From IMG/VR virus record IMGVR_UViG_3300027718_000001, positions 1 to 61,078 of that record: a stretch of 61,078 nucleotides of DNA; one strand, written 5' to 3'. This document shows, piece after piece, positions 41,769 through 51,238 of the stretch (the first letter of the stretch is position 1; each line of letters starts with the position of its first letter). Source of the stretch: a virus. The notes beneath the pieces were generated by a model. That model saw only the letters and a list, made by a program, of their open reading frames with translations. It had not been told where the DNA came from and did no database searches. The translations under genes and the position numbers were made by a program.

Positions 41769-44102
41769 GTGGCATTTTGGGATTGGTTAAGCTTCAATAA
41801 GAAACGAATAGACTATGATATTCGCCAAATTGTAAATGCTTCGGCAAGGGCTTCTATTCGTCCAGTTAATACAGGTGGAAGACAAACGTATGACAAGTGG
41901 GAACAGCCCTTCAATTGGTATGATATGAGCGTTATTCCTAGAGATTCATATAAAAGTAAGGACGTTATGGAAAGTCTTAAAATCATAAGGGATCTTTCAC
42001 CAGATGCATCAATGGCTATATGGAATTTCCTTCGTCTCGCCAACTCAGGACATGAGGTTGAAGTGTATACCAAAAATGGAAAGGTCGATAAGAAAGCGAC
42101 TGAACTATTAAATGAAAAGGCTAAACAAGTCGGTAAGTTATATGGTGGGGGTACTGATCAATTAATTAACGTTCTGTTATTAACTTCCTTTACACAGGGA
42201 GCTATCGCCTTAGAAGTTGAAATACAGGAAGGATTGAAGGATATAGAAGATATTCATGCTGTAGATCCTTCTACCTTAGATTTCAAAAAGAATAAGGAAA
42301 CAGGCGTAATTGAGTTGGTACAGAAGCAGATTGATGGAACGTTTAAAGTATTGAATCCAGAAACAGTCTTCTTCTACCCTTTTGACCCAGAGATTTCTGA
42401 CCCTCACGGAAGGAGCCCTATTCTACCCGTGTTGCAGATTGTCTTCTTTCAAATTGAGATTCTAAAGGATCTTAGGAAAGTGGTACATCACCAAGGACAT
42501 AGACGTTTTGATATTAAAGTGTTGGAAGAATCGATAGTTGAAAACATGCCCGATGATATTAAATATCAAGGCCCAGAAGCTGTTAGATCTTATGTACAAG
42601 ATTATATTCAACAGATTCAGGATCAAATGAATGATCTAGAACCAGATGCAGATTTCTTTCACACGGATTCAGTGGAGATAGGAATGGCAGGGGGTAATTC
42701 TTCTTCTGGCAACTTAGATATTTCTAGGGTTATCGATGTTATTAATCAGCAGATAGTTACAGGATTGAAGCAGTTACCTATTTTGTTAGGTCGAAATGAA
42801 GGAACAACAGAAACGCACGGAACGATTCAGTGGCAGATTTATGTTAAGGGTATTGAATCCATTCAAAGAGGTATTAAACGCCTTTTAGAACGTGCTTACA
42901 ATGTTGTTTTACAGATCAATGGAATTCAAGGAAGTGCTGTTTTAACCTTTGATGAAATTCAAGTTACTGACCGTAAATCTGATGCAGAAGCTGAACAGAT
43001 TGAAACCAATACTAAGATTCTTCAATACCAACAAGGTTGGATAGATAACGATGAAGCGGCTTTAGAAATGGTCAATCATAAGGCTGTTAGTGAGCCAATT
43101 AGTCAAAGTTCACCTGCATATGAACCTGCACCTACAGATTCAGGTAAAGATTCAGGTACAGATGAAGGTGGAGTTACACAAGAAGATGATCAAACTTCTA
43201 GAAGTCTAAAAAAAAAAGACTATTTTTCTCTAAGAGTTAAAAAAGATGAATTTGTTTCTGAATTAAATGTAAGTTGGGCTAATGATTTAGCAAAGCTTAC
43301 CACACGAACCAGAAACGCCTATTCTCGCTTTTTAAATGATCAAAGAGATAAATATATTAAGAGACTTGAAAACGCAGGGAAACTACCTACAACAGTTCTG
43401 ACAGATATGCGTTCTTTGAAGTCTTTTTGTCGTGAGGATGAAACACCTTCACCTCCCCATTCTTTCCAGTCTTGGGTGATGGCAAACATTATATATGATT
43501 CTGAACAACAAATTGATCAAGTTAGGGATCTTGCCAGAGAGTGGATGATGGAAGCGGCTATTATGTCAGGATCAGCAACTTTAGAAGATCTAGATGTAGG
43601 TATGTTTTTTAACGAACGTGATACACGCCTTTTACGTTGGATTCAAGAAAGATCTTTAAGAGAAGCCCAGTTAATTCAAGGGGTTACAGATGAATATGTT
43701 CTACAGACATTGTGGGATGTTGTCTATGATGGGGATTTGACTATAAAAACGGCTGTTGATGAATTGAGCCGTGTTTATGCTTTTAGTCCTTCTCGTGCTA
43801 CAACCATTGCTCGAACTGAAATTATTTCTGCTTCTCGTAGTGGTCAGTATTTCGGAGATCAGCAGAGTGGAATAGTTATAGGCAAGCGGTGGAGATCAGC
43901 CTTACAGGAACGAACTAGAGCAGGTCATAGAGGGGCTAATGGTCAAGTCGTGGCATTTGATGAACCGTTTGTAGTCGCTAATGGAAGTGGTCAAATGGAA
44001 TATCTAATGTTCCCATCTGATAGTTCACTAGGCGCATCGGCATCAAATTGTATAAATTGCCGTTGCTGGTATGAACGTATCTTAGAGGGAGAGGAAATGT
44101 AA
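41769..44102 (+). CDS. Portal protein fused to a Mu F / SPP1 gp7-like head-morphogenesis domain
   Basis: Position after terL; C-terminal ATTIARTEIISASRSGQY...RTRAGHRGANGQVV...CINCRCW; GTG start. Confidence 0.7.
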   Translation: MAFWDWLSFNKKRIDYDIRQIVNASARASIRPVNTGGRQTYDKWEQPFNWYDMSVIPRDSYKSKDVMESLKIIRDLSPDASMAIWNFLRLANSGHEVEVYTKNGKVDKKATELLNEKAKQVGKLYGGGTDQLINVLLLTSFTQGAIALEVEIQEGLKDIEDIHAVDPSTLDFKKNKETGVIELVQKQIDGTFKVLNPETVFFYPFDPEISDPHGRSPILPVLQIVFFQIEILKDLRKVVHHQGHRRFDIKVLEESIVENMPDDIKYQGPEAVRSYVQDYIQQIQDQMNDLEPDADFFHTDSVEIGMAGGNSSSGNLDISRVIDVINQQIVTGLKQLPILLGRNEGTTETHGTIQWQIYVKGIESIQRGIKRLLERAYNVVLQINGIQGSAVLTFDEIQVTDRKSDAEAEQIETNTKILQYQQGWIDNDEAALEMVNHKAVSEPISQSSPAYEPAPTDSGKDSGTDEGGVTQEDDQTSRSLKKKDYFSLRVKKDEFVSELNVSWANDLAKLTTRTRNAYSRFLNDQRDKYIKRLENAGKLPTTVLTDMRSLKSFCREDETPSPPHSFQSWVMANIIYDSEQQIDQVRDLAREWMMEAAIMSGSATLEDLDVGMFFNERDTRLLRWIQERSLREAQLIQGVTDEYVLQTLWDVVYDGDLTIKTAVDELSRVYAFSPSRATTIARTEIISASRSGQYFGDQQSGIVIGKRWRSALQERTRAGHRGANGQVVAFDEPFVVANGSGQMEYLMFPSDSSLGASASNCINCRCWYERILEGEEM

Positions 44103-44106
44103 AACC

Positions 44107-44298
44107 ATGAAACTGTTTCATATGGTCGATTATAAGGTTTGTGGCGAAACTGTGAGAGCTATTTTAAATATCGGTACTCAAAGTAAGATTGTTTCTTTTT
44201 TAAGTGAGTACCATAAAACTAATCAAATAGAGATTAAGAAAGTAAGGATTTTAAGCGTTGAACAGAAGTTATTATATGTTCAGTATTTCGATAGATAG
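44107..44298 (+). CDS. Hypothetical small protein
   Basis: ORF. Confidence 0.4.
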   Translation: MKLFHMVDYKVCGETVRAILNIGTQSKIVSFLSEYHKTNQIEIKKVRILSVEQKLLYVQYFDR

Positions 44299-44402
44299 GG
44301 GGTTATATCTATGTATATAGCTTATATCTTGATCCTGTTACTCATTTTATGGGTGGTTTTACAATTTTATATGTAAATTTCAAGATTTGAAGGGAGGTGA
44401 AT

Positions 44403-45689
44403 ATGTTGGATGCACTTTTAGAGATTCCTATGAGGTTAGATGCTTCTGCTGTACCACAGGATGAAGCACAAAGAGTTTTAGAATCCATTAACCGTCATGC
44501 TATGGAGCCGTTTAGAGATCTAAGTGAAGTCTTCCCATTTCGTGGGGTGATTTCAAATAGTCGCCTAGATTCATATATGACAAGAATGGACCCGAACACA
44601 ACCCTTCCTAACTATGTTGAGGATCTAGAACGTGGCGTTAGTCTTATGAATGGTCATGACATTACACAGTCGCCTTATGGTCGTTCATTTGGTGGGGAAT
44701 TAGTTCAGAATAGAGAGGACTTTGTTACATCAGTAAATGGTGATTTCTATATCCCTCGAAACGTGGTAGTGAATGGAACGAATACAGATCAAGCCATTAG
44801 AGCTATTGTGACAGGAATTCAGCGTGATATGTCAGTTGGATTTTCTGATTCTGAATATCAATGTTCTTCATGTGGTAAAGATCTATTTGATCCTCAATGT
44901 ACCCATTTCCCTGGTATGGAAGACGAAAATGGAAGAATGACTTTTGCGTGGATTGTGAACGCAAGACTAAGAGAGGTCAGCACCGTTTATAAAGGAGCAA
45001 CGCCGGGCGCTAGTATTTTTGGTAAATATGCTGAAAAGGCTAGAGCGTTCTATAGTCAAGGTGATTTAGAAGATAGTTATGTTGAGAAATTAGAGAACGT
45101 TTATTCAACCCGTATCAATGATGGGAAGAAGAGACGTTCTTTTTATTTACCGAATCAAAAACGAGATACAAAGGAGGAACAGAACAATATGGGAGCACAA
45201 GCTAGAAACAGTTTGTTAGATGATATTCGTTCAGCGATTAGAGAAAACAAAGTAGAAAAAGCTGTCATTTATGACATCTTAGCGGAAGAGGGCGACCCAT
45301 TTCGCCAACCAGAAGATATTGAATTAAGAAATGAGTTAGGGAAAGAATTCTCTAAGCCAGAAGCTATTCGTCAGTTAAAGCGTGAAGCCCAACAAGGCAG
45401 ACGTTATTTAGCAGATGTGATTGATAGTGCTGTCGCTAGTCGTGTTAAGGCACAAGGTGACACATTTAATGCTGAATCTTATCGTCAAATGCTTACTTTA
45501 TCTGGTGATATTGATCATATCAAAGATGAAATTGATTCATACGAGCGTTTAGCGAAAGAACGTTTCGTGACAGGTCGCCAAACTAAAGGTGATCTAGAAG
45601 ATGATCAAGATGATCAAGATCGTGGAGATAATGCATCATTCAAGATCAATCCAGATGAAGATGATTTCTTTAAGGAGGGTGAAGAGTAA
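44403..45689 (+). CDS. Putative prohead protease/scaffolding protein
   Basis: Position between the portal and capsid genes; charged coiled-coil C-terminal half. Confidence 0.45.
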   Translation: MLDALLEIPMRLDASAVPQDEAQRVLESINRHAMEPFRDLSEVFPFRGVISNSRLDSYMTRMDPNTTLPNYVEDLERGVSLMNGHDITQSPYGRSFGGELVQNREDFVTSVNGDFYIPRNVVVNGTNTDQAIRAIVTGIQRDMSVGFSDSEYQCSSCGKDLFDPQCTHFPGMEDENGRMTFAWIVNARLREVSTVYKGATPGASIFGKYAEKARAFYSQGDLEDSYVEKLENVYSTRINDGKKRRSFYLPNQKRDTKEEQNNMGAQARNSLLDDIRSAIRENKVEKAVIYDILAEEGDPFRQPEDIELRNELGKEFSKPEAIRQLKREAQQGRRYLADVIDSAVASRVKAQGDTFNAESYRQMLTLSGDIDHIKDEIDSYERLAKERFVTGRQTKGDLEDDQDDQDRGDNASFKINPDEDDFFKEGEE

Positions 45690-46078
45690 TGCCTAGAGTT
45701 GGTGGTCAAGTACCTGATAGTTATGGATTAAGTTTAACCGTTACATGCCCTACGGCATCCGAAACGAACCCAATTGATACAGATGATATTTTAACATTTG
45801 CAACAACAGGCCCATATCATGCCGTACCTGCTACTGCTGGTTCTGCTGTTCAAATGATTGCTAAACATCCCGTATCAGATCCTTTCACGCCTTTAGGCGT
45901 TTGGGTATTCGGCTTTAGCCGTGTTCAAAAAATGAAGTATACAGGAACAGCGCCTACTATCGGTTCTTCTGTTGAAGCTGATGGAACAGGTGGAGTTCGT
46001 ACTGCTGCTACAGCTAATGATAGTTTCGTTCTTTATGTAGACACTGCAAGAAGTTATGTAGAAGTAGCATTACCATAA
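45689..46078 (+). CDS. Head accessory/decoration-like protein (DUF2190-like)
   Basis: ATGA-coupled; position before the major capsid gene. Confidence 0.35.
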   Translation: MPRVGGQVPDSYGLSLTVTCPTASETNPIDTDDILTFATTGPYHAVPATAGSAVQMIAKHPVSDPFTPLGVWVFGFSRVQKMKYTGTAPTIGSSVEADGTGGVRTAATANDSFVLYVDTARSYVEVALP

Positions 46079-46099
46079 ATTTAAAAGGAGGTAAGGAGA

Positions 46100-47161
46100 T
46101 TGAATTTCTTACAAGTAAAAAACCGAGCTAATAAAACAATTCAGCTTCCTACAGGTTCAGATTTCAAACGAGATTTTGGACAGAAACAAGGTTCAAAGGC
46201 GGCTGAAACTGCTTCATCATATCATTATAAACGTTACCTTGCAGATCAAGGTTTAACTACAAAAGATGTCATTCGTGCATTGGGCTATGATCCATCTGAA
46301 ATCGGGAAAATTTCCACAAGGGAGCTTCTCGAAAATGATGGAACTAAGCCCCTTTTTAATGCCATCGTAGAATCTGGGCTTCGTCAAGGATGGGAAAGAG
46401 GATCTAATTGGCAGGCTTTAGTTGCTTCATCTGTAAATTCAGATCAGTTGAGCCAACAATATTATTATCTTGATGCAGATGATGCAGATGACTACGAACT
46501 TCGTGACGTTGGTCAAGGTGCTCCTATTCCAGTGGGAACTATTAAATTAGGAGACAATAGCATAAAAATGTCAAAACGTGGAAGAGGAATCGAATGGACA
46601 GATGAAGCCAAGCGCGCTAACATCGACATGGTTCGTCTTTGGTTAGGTAAATTAGGGCGACAATTAGGGCGACAATATGAAAATGTAGCCGTTCAACGTT
46701 TGTTAAATGGTTATTTCCCTACAGGTGAAGATGCTCCTAGATCATTAGGAATCGCTACAGCAGGGGATCTTTCTTTATCTGATATTTTCTATGGATCTGC
46801 TTTCATGGAGCAAGAAATGGGATTCAGCCCTAAAATCGCTATCATGAATCTTGAAACGGCTTATCGTATCACGACTTTACGTGATGGAGATGCCTATATT
46901 TATAGAAATGAATTACAAAATGGTCAATTTGCCGATGTTGTGAATTCTCCACCATTTATTTCTTCACAAGTTCCTGATAATCGTATTGTTTTAGTTGATA
47001 CTGATTATGCTCTAGTTCGTTATGAAGGAAAACCATTTGGCGTTGAGAGTGAGCGTTCAGCTAAGACACAGGTTGAAGGATCTTATGGAACAGAGATTTC
47101 AGAATTTGTTACTTTTGAAAAAGATGCTCGTTTGGTTCTAACACTAGACACGGCACGATAA
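46100..47161 (+). CDS. Major capsid protein (HK97-fold candidate; TTG start)
   Basis: 353 aa; strong SD aaaggagg; position. Confidence 0.7.
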   Translation: MNFLQVKNRANKTIQLPTGSDFKRDFGQKQGSKAAETASSYHYKRYLADQGLTTKDVIRALGYDPSEIGKISTRELLENDGTKPLFNAIVESGLRQGWERGSNWQALVASSVNSDQLSQQYYYLDADDADDYELRDVGQGAPIPVGTIKLGDNSIKMSKRGRGIEWTDEAKRANIDMVRLWLGKLGRQLGRQYENVAVQRLLNGYFPTGEDAPRSLGIATAGDLSLSDIFYGSAFMEQEMGFSPKIAIMNLETAYRITTLRDGDAYIYRNELQNGQFADVVNSPPFISSQVPDNRIVLVDTDYALVRYEGKPFGVESERSAKTQVEGSYGTEISEFVTFEKDARLVLTLDTAR

Positions 47162-47178
47162 TAGGGGAGGGTTAAAGA

Positions 47179-47457
47179 ATGGCTACTAATAAAAAAACTA
47201 CTGCTGCAAGTGCTAAAGATGTTGAAAGCAATGAGGAAGTAAAGTTAAATGATGCTGAAAAAGATGCTTTAGAAAAGCAAGAAGCTTCAGCACAAAACCA
47301 AGAAACTTCAAGTGGTAAATATAAATTAGCTAATCCCGACTCTTCTTATCAAGAGCCGGGATTTACTTTAGTTGGAGATCAAGAAAAGGAGCTTCCAGAA
47401 GATCCTAGTAATGATTTAATTGCTCGTATTCAATCAGGCTTCATTGTTAAGGCGTGA
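47179..47457 (+). CDS. Hypothetical head-module protein
   Basis: ORF with SD. Confidence 0.45.
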   Translation: MATNKKTTAASAKDVESNEEVKLNDAEKDALEKQEASAQNQETSSGKYKLANPDSSYQEPGFTLVGDQEKELPEDPSNDLIARIQSGFIVKA

Positions 47458-47463
47458 TGATCT

Positions 47464-47868
47464 ATGTTCTTAACATTGGAAGAATTAAAAGCCCTAACCA
47501 CCTTTGATGAGGTGGCAGGGCTTGATAATGATTCGTTAAATGGGTATATGTTGCGTGCTGATGCTTGGATCAGAAGGGCTACGAAACGTAATGATCTATT
47601 AAACACAACAAATGAATCTATTCAACAAGATTTAAAAATCGCCACTCTTTTGTTAGTTGAGTATATTTGGTACTGGGATCTTCCCGAGACAAAAGAACAA
47701 GCTATATCTCATGATGATAGTGTGAAGTTAGGCTCTTATACTTTTAATAAAGATAAGGCTAGGATTGGTGAGGAAACAGGGAACGATGAATTAGATGGAA
47801 TACTAAGATCATTGAGATATTCGCCTAAAAGTGGTGCTTTCTTTGTTGTTAGGAATGGTGATTCATGA
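47464..47868 (+). CDS. Head-tail connector (gp6-like)
   Basis: LTLEELKALTTF...LNGYMLRADAWIRRAT. Confidence 0.55.
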   Translation: MFLTLEELKALTTFDEVAGLDNDSLNGYMLRADAWIRRATKRNDLLNTTNESIQQDLKIATLLLVEYIWYWDLPETKEQAISHDDSVKLGSYTFNKDKARIGEETGNDELDGILRSLRYSPKSGAFFVVRNGDS

Positions 47869-48221
47869 GGTTTAAATCATTATTGAATCATAGATGCACT
47901 TTGTTAATAGGTGGGGAAGTAACAGGTCAAGATGAATATGGAAGGGATATTGTAACAGACATTGAGAACATGAATGTGCCGTGCAAGTTAGATGAACCTA
48001 AATTTCGTTCTGTACCCGATGATACAGGAACGGATATAGTCATAGATTCTATGTTATTTCTTCACCCTAAGTTTCAAGTGGATTTAGGTACAACCATTTT
48101 AAATATCGTGGATCTGGAAGGAAACCCTGTTATTCAGGGTTCTTTTTCTGTTGTCGATATTTCGCCCATTTATTCATTGAAGAAGTTACATCATTATGAG
48201 CTTACATTGAGAAGGAAGTGA
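47865..48221 (+). CDS. Head closure/head-tail adaptor
   Basis: HRCTLL...GQDEYGRDI pattern; overlapping start. Confidence 0.55.
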   Translation: MRFKSLLNHRCTLLIGGEVTGQDEYGRDIVTDIENMNVPCKLDEPKFRSVPDDTGTDIVIDSMLFLHPKFQVDLGTTILNIVDLEGNPVIQGSFSVVDISPIYSLKKLHHYELTLRRK

Positions 48222-48225
48222 GATT

Positions 48226-48633
48226 ATGGCCAGAAGACAGAATGATGTTCAATTTAGTATTGAAATGGACAGAAGAACGTTTGAATGGTTTAACCGTGTA
48301 GCTCCTTCTAAGTTGAAAGAAGCAAGAAATAAGGCTGTTGAAGCGGCAGGAATGGTATTCGCAGATACAGCAAAAGCCATTACTACAGAAGAGGATCATA
48401 TAGATACAGGGCTTTATGTTAATTCAATTGGTTATTCAACAGGTACGCCATCAAACCCTATATATGATATGACATCAGGGGCAAGTGAAACAAACTTAGA
48501 TATAGGTGCTGATGTTCGTTATGCCGAGCCTTTAGAAAAACGGTATGGAATCATGGCAAGGGGCTTAGATCGTGGGAAAGAAAGAATGGAACGTGTGGCA
48601 GAAACACAAGTTAAAAGGATCTTAGGTTTATAG
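48226..48633 (+). CDS. HK97 gp10-family tail component
   Basis: IDTGLYVNSIG motif. Confidence 0.55.
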   Translation: MARRQNDVQFSIEMDRRTFEWFNRVAPSKLKEARNKAVEAAGMVFADTAKAITTEEDHIDTGLYVNSIGYSTGTPSNPIYDMTSGASETNLDIGADVRYAEPLEKRYGIMARGLDRGKERMERVAETQVKRILGL

Positions 48634-48843
48634 ATGGAGTATAGACCATCACCACCACCTTCTTCTAGACCCTATTATAAAGCGCCTTGTATGCATAGAT
48701 ACCGTCATTTAGATACCAGTAAGTTTAAGGTATCTGGTGAGAATATGAGATTAAAATGGAAAGTCGTAGACCGTTATTATTGTGAAAAATGTCTAACTTC
48801 TAAAGTGAAAGAAAGTCATTTTGAAATAGGTGAGTACAGATGA
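48634..48843 (+). CDS. Hypothetical small protein
   Basis: ORF abutting its neighbours. Confidence 0.4.
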   Translation: MEYRPSPPPSSRPYYKAPCMHRYRHLDTSKFKVSGENMRLKWKVVDRYYCEKCLTSKVKESHFEIGEYR

Positions 48844-49196
48844 TCGATTATCTGGATGTAGTGCCACTTGTTAGAAAGTTTATAGATGATTTGATTGATG
48901 AAAAGGTCTATGGATCTTCATTTCCTTCAACGCCTGTTTTACCTGCTGTTCTGGTTCGTAATATGGGTGGAAGTGATTATACTCGACTTCAATTATTAGC
49001 AAGGGCTAACGATGATATAACAGCGATGAAGCTTGTTATAAAGGCTATGAATTTGTTAGAACGTTATGGTGCTAATATTGTCGGTTTGCGTGTTTTATGG
49101 ATTGAAAAAGAAACGGCTCCTATTGCCTCTAAAGATGATGATACAGGCAAGTTTGAAGCTTGGTGTTATATGAGGATGGAGCATTTAGAACAATAA
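48840..49196 (+). CDS. Tail completion/terminator protein (DUF3168-like)
   Basis: Position; VPLVRKFI...VYGSSFPS...LPAVLVRNMGG. Confidence 0.5.
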   Translation: MIDYLDVVPLVRKFIDDLIDEKVYGSSFPSTPVLPAVLVRNMGGSDYTRLQLLARANDDITAMKLVIKAMNLLERYGANIVGLRVLWIEKETAPIASKDDDTGKFEAWCYMRMEHLEQ

Positions 49197-49215
49197 ATTA
49201 TAGGAGGTTTTAGGA

Positions 49216-49473
49216 ATGGCTGAGAGCAAGAAATCTTCAAATGAAAGCACGACTAAGACTACCCTTACAAAAGTTAAAGTGATTGGACCAGTTGATCAAA
49301 ATAGTGGTTCTACTATTCTTCGTTTTGAACGTGATGCAGAAAGTAAAGATGCTATTGATATTCTCCCTGGTCAAACTCTCACAGTTGGGGGAAATAGTGG
49401 AGATATTACTAAGGCAGAAGCAGAACGTCTTTTAGCTTATGACAGATGGGAATTTGAGGGGGTTGAGGAATAA
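49216..49473 (+). CDS. Hypothetical tail-module protein
   Basis: ORF with SD taggagg. Confidence 0.45.
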   Translation: MAESKKSSNESTTKTTLTKVKVIGPVDQNSGSTILRFERDAESKDAIDILPGQTLTVGGNSGDITKAEAERLLAYDRWEFEGVEE

Positions 49474-50306
49474 TGGCAGATATTTATCGTGTTAATAGTA
49501 ATAATATTGTCGGCGGTGCAGGTCGTTTAGTCGTGAAGCCTTACGATGGCACATTCCCAGAGAGTATTGAAGAGGTCATGAGCCTTACAGATCCTTATGA
49601 TTTAGTTTCTCCGTGGAGTGATGTAGGGGCTACAACAGATGGAATCACAACTACACGAGGCTATGATTCTGATGACTTTGAAGTTGATCAGAAGGTAGGA
49701 AGTGTAGATACAGATATTACTGGATGGTCGCATTCGTTAGAAACAAGTTTAGCAGAAAATACGGTTGAAAATCGTAAATTAGCTTTAATTGGTGGAACGA
49801 TTATTGAATCTCCCCCAACACTTGGAACGGCTACAACTATGACTGCTTCAAGTGCTATCAATGCTACGATTATTGCCGTTACTTCGTCTTCTGGAATTAC
49901 AGCAGGATCTTTTGTGCAAATTTCAGAAGGTGGAAAGGTCGAGACAAAACAAGTAAATCGTGTACAGGGAAACACTTTGTATTTAGAAACGCCATTAACT
50001 AATGCTTATACTACAGCAGGTTCGGTTCGTCCTATCACTAAATTAGGAAGTCGCCGTATTGGATATGGTACACCACAGAATATTCCTGAATACACGGTTG
50101 CTCTTATCAGTCAGAAGAAAGATGGATCTTTATACATGGCAGTTATCCGAAAATGTAAGGTTGCGGGTGATGATAAAGATCAATCATTTGAAAAGGGAAA
50201 AAGAACTATTCCGTTGAATCTCACAGCCTTCCCTGTTGATGGAAATGGGGTAAGCCAAGAAGACAACGTTTATTATGAAATTGAACAAGTAATTTCTACT
50301 CCCTAG
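49473..50306 (+). CDS. Major tail protein
   Basis: Position upstream of the chaperone pair and tape measure; 277 aa. Confidence 0.65.
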   Translation: MADIYRVNSNNIVGGAGRLVVKPYDGTFPESIEEVMSLTDPYDLVSPWSDVGATTDGITTTRGYDSDDFEVDQKVGSVDTDITGWSHSLETSLAENTVENRKLALIGGTIIESPPTLGTATTMTASSAINATIIAVTSSSGITAGSFVQISEGGKVETKQVNRVQGNTLYLETPLTNAYTTAGSVRPITKLGSRRIGYGTPQNIPEYTVALISQKKDGSLYMAVIRKCKVAGDDKDQSFEKGKRTIPLNLTAFPVDGNGVSQEDNVYYEIEQVISTP

Positions 50307-50619
50307 TGTCGCAGGAGAATATTTAGAAATTAGTCTTACTCAGGATTCTACTGGGGTCTATTATTCTCCTGCTATCAACGTTAATGATTCAAGTGAAGTA
50401 TCTATTATTCTTAGAGCTACCGAAAATGGAACTGTTGATGTAGATGTTTCTACAGATGGGGTTTCATGGTCTGATTATGGAAGTATGGATCTTATAAGGG
50501 ATCGTAGAGCTTCTTACCAGATGCCGATGGGTAGTAATAAATTTATCAGATATAGCGTAACTACATCAGGAACCATTTCAACGTCTTATATCTTTATGGG
50601 GGGTTATGTAAATGGCTGA
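50305..50619 (+). CDS. Start-codon-less +1-frame extension of the major tail protein (candidate CCC-UAG shifty-stop recoding; beta-sandwich-like, about 104 aa)
   Basis: The frame is open from the base after the T of TAG. There is no ATG/GTG/TTG in the first ~58 codons. Peptide SVAGEYLEISLTQDSTGVYYSPAINVNDSSEVSIILRATENGTVDVDVSTDGVSW... Confidence 0.5.
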   Translation, partial: SVAGEYLEISLTQDSTGVYYSPAINVNDSSEVSIILRATENGTVDVDVSTDGVSWSDYGSMDLIRDRRASYQMPMGSNKFIRYSVTTSGTISTSYIFMGGYVNG

Positions 50620-51238
50620 TTTATATGCTAATTTTGGTGAATTGAGAAAAGCATATAAAATGAGGACTCAATTTGATCTTAGATTGAAAAAAGGTTCTTC
50701 TGGGATCATCTATCTAACTCCCCACGGCGGAGGGATCGAGACAGGATGTTCTGAATTGTCCGAGTTCTCAGCAGATGCTACAGATTCTTATTTCATTTTT
50801 GATGCTAAATTGAGTACAGGTAATAGTGATATGCATATTACTTCTACTCATTTTGATGAACCTAATGCACGTAATTTAGTAGCTCAACATGATATAGCTG
50901 TAAGTTATCATGGGTATTCAGATAGTAGCGTGAAAAATACGAAAGTAGGCGGGCTAGATGAACAGTTACGTAATCTCATAGGTGAAGAGTTTACAGCTGC
51001 GGGCATACCGTGGGAACAGGAACCGTTTGAGTCAAGCATTGCAGGTGCTGAACCAGATAATATTTGTAATGTTACACGTAGAGGTATGGGTGTACAGTTG
51101 GAGATGTCAACTTTACAGCGTACCTCTTTTTTTGGCACGAATACAGCGGCACAAAGAAGGAATACAATTCTTCCCGAATTCACTAATTATATGAATGCAG
51201 TGAAACGTGCCGTAGCAAGAAGAAAAGCTTTATTATGA
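50612..51238 (+). CDS. Poly-gamma-glutamate hydrolase (PghP/DUF867-like) inserted in the tail module
   Basis: LTPHGGGIETGCSE...MHITSTHFDEP...VSYHGY...VGGLD...NICNVTRRGMGVQLEMS. Confidence 0.7.
   Translation: MADLYANFGELRKAYKMRTQFDLRLKKGSSGIIYLTPHGGGIETGCSELSEFSADATDSYFIFDAKLSTGNSDMHITSTHFDEPNARNLVAQHDIAVSYHGYSDSSVKNTKVGGLDEQLRNLIGEEFTAAGIPWEQEPFESSIAGAEPDNICNVTRRGMGVQLEMSTLQRTSFFGTNTAAQRRNTILPEFTNYMNAVKRAVARRKALL

Noticed and set aside
43105-43135. Short hexamer-tract-like string agttca cctgca tatgaa cctgca in the portal gene
   Set aside because: It has only four hexamers, lies inside a coding linker and is not next to a gene start, so I did not count it as a tract.
50331-50344. Partial TTAGTCT motif matches in the phage half (ttagtcttactcag here; aagtctagatatgg near 55787)
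   Set aside because: Only the first half of the motif matches, and both are inside coding sequence, so I did not count them.
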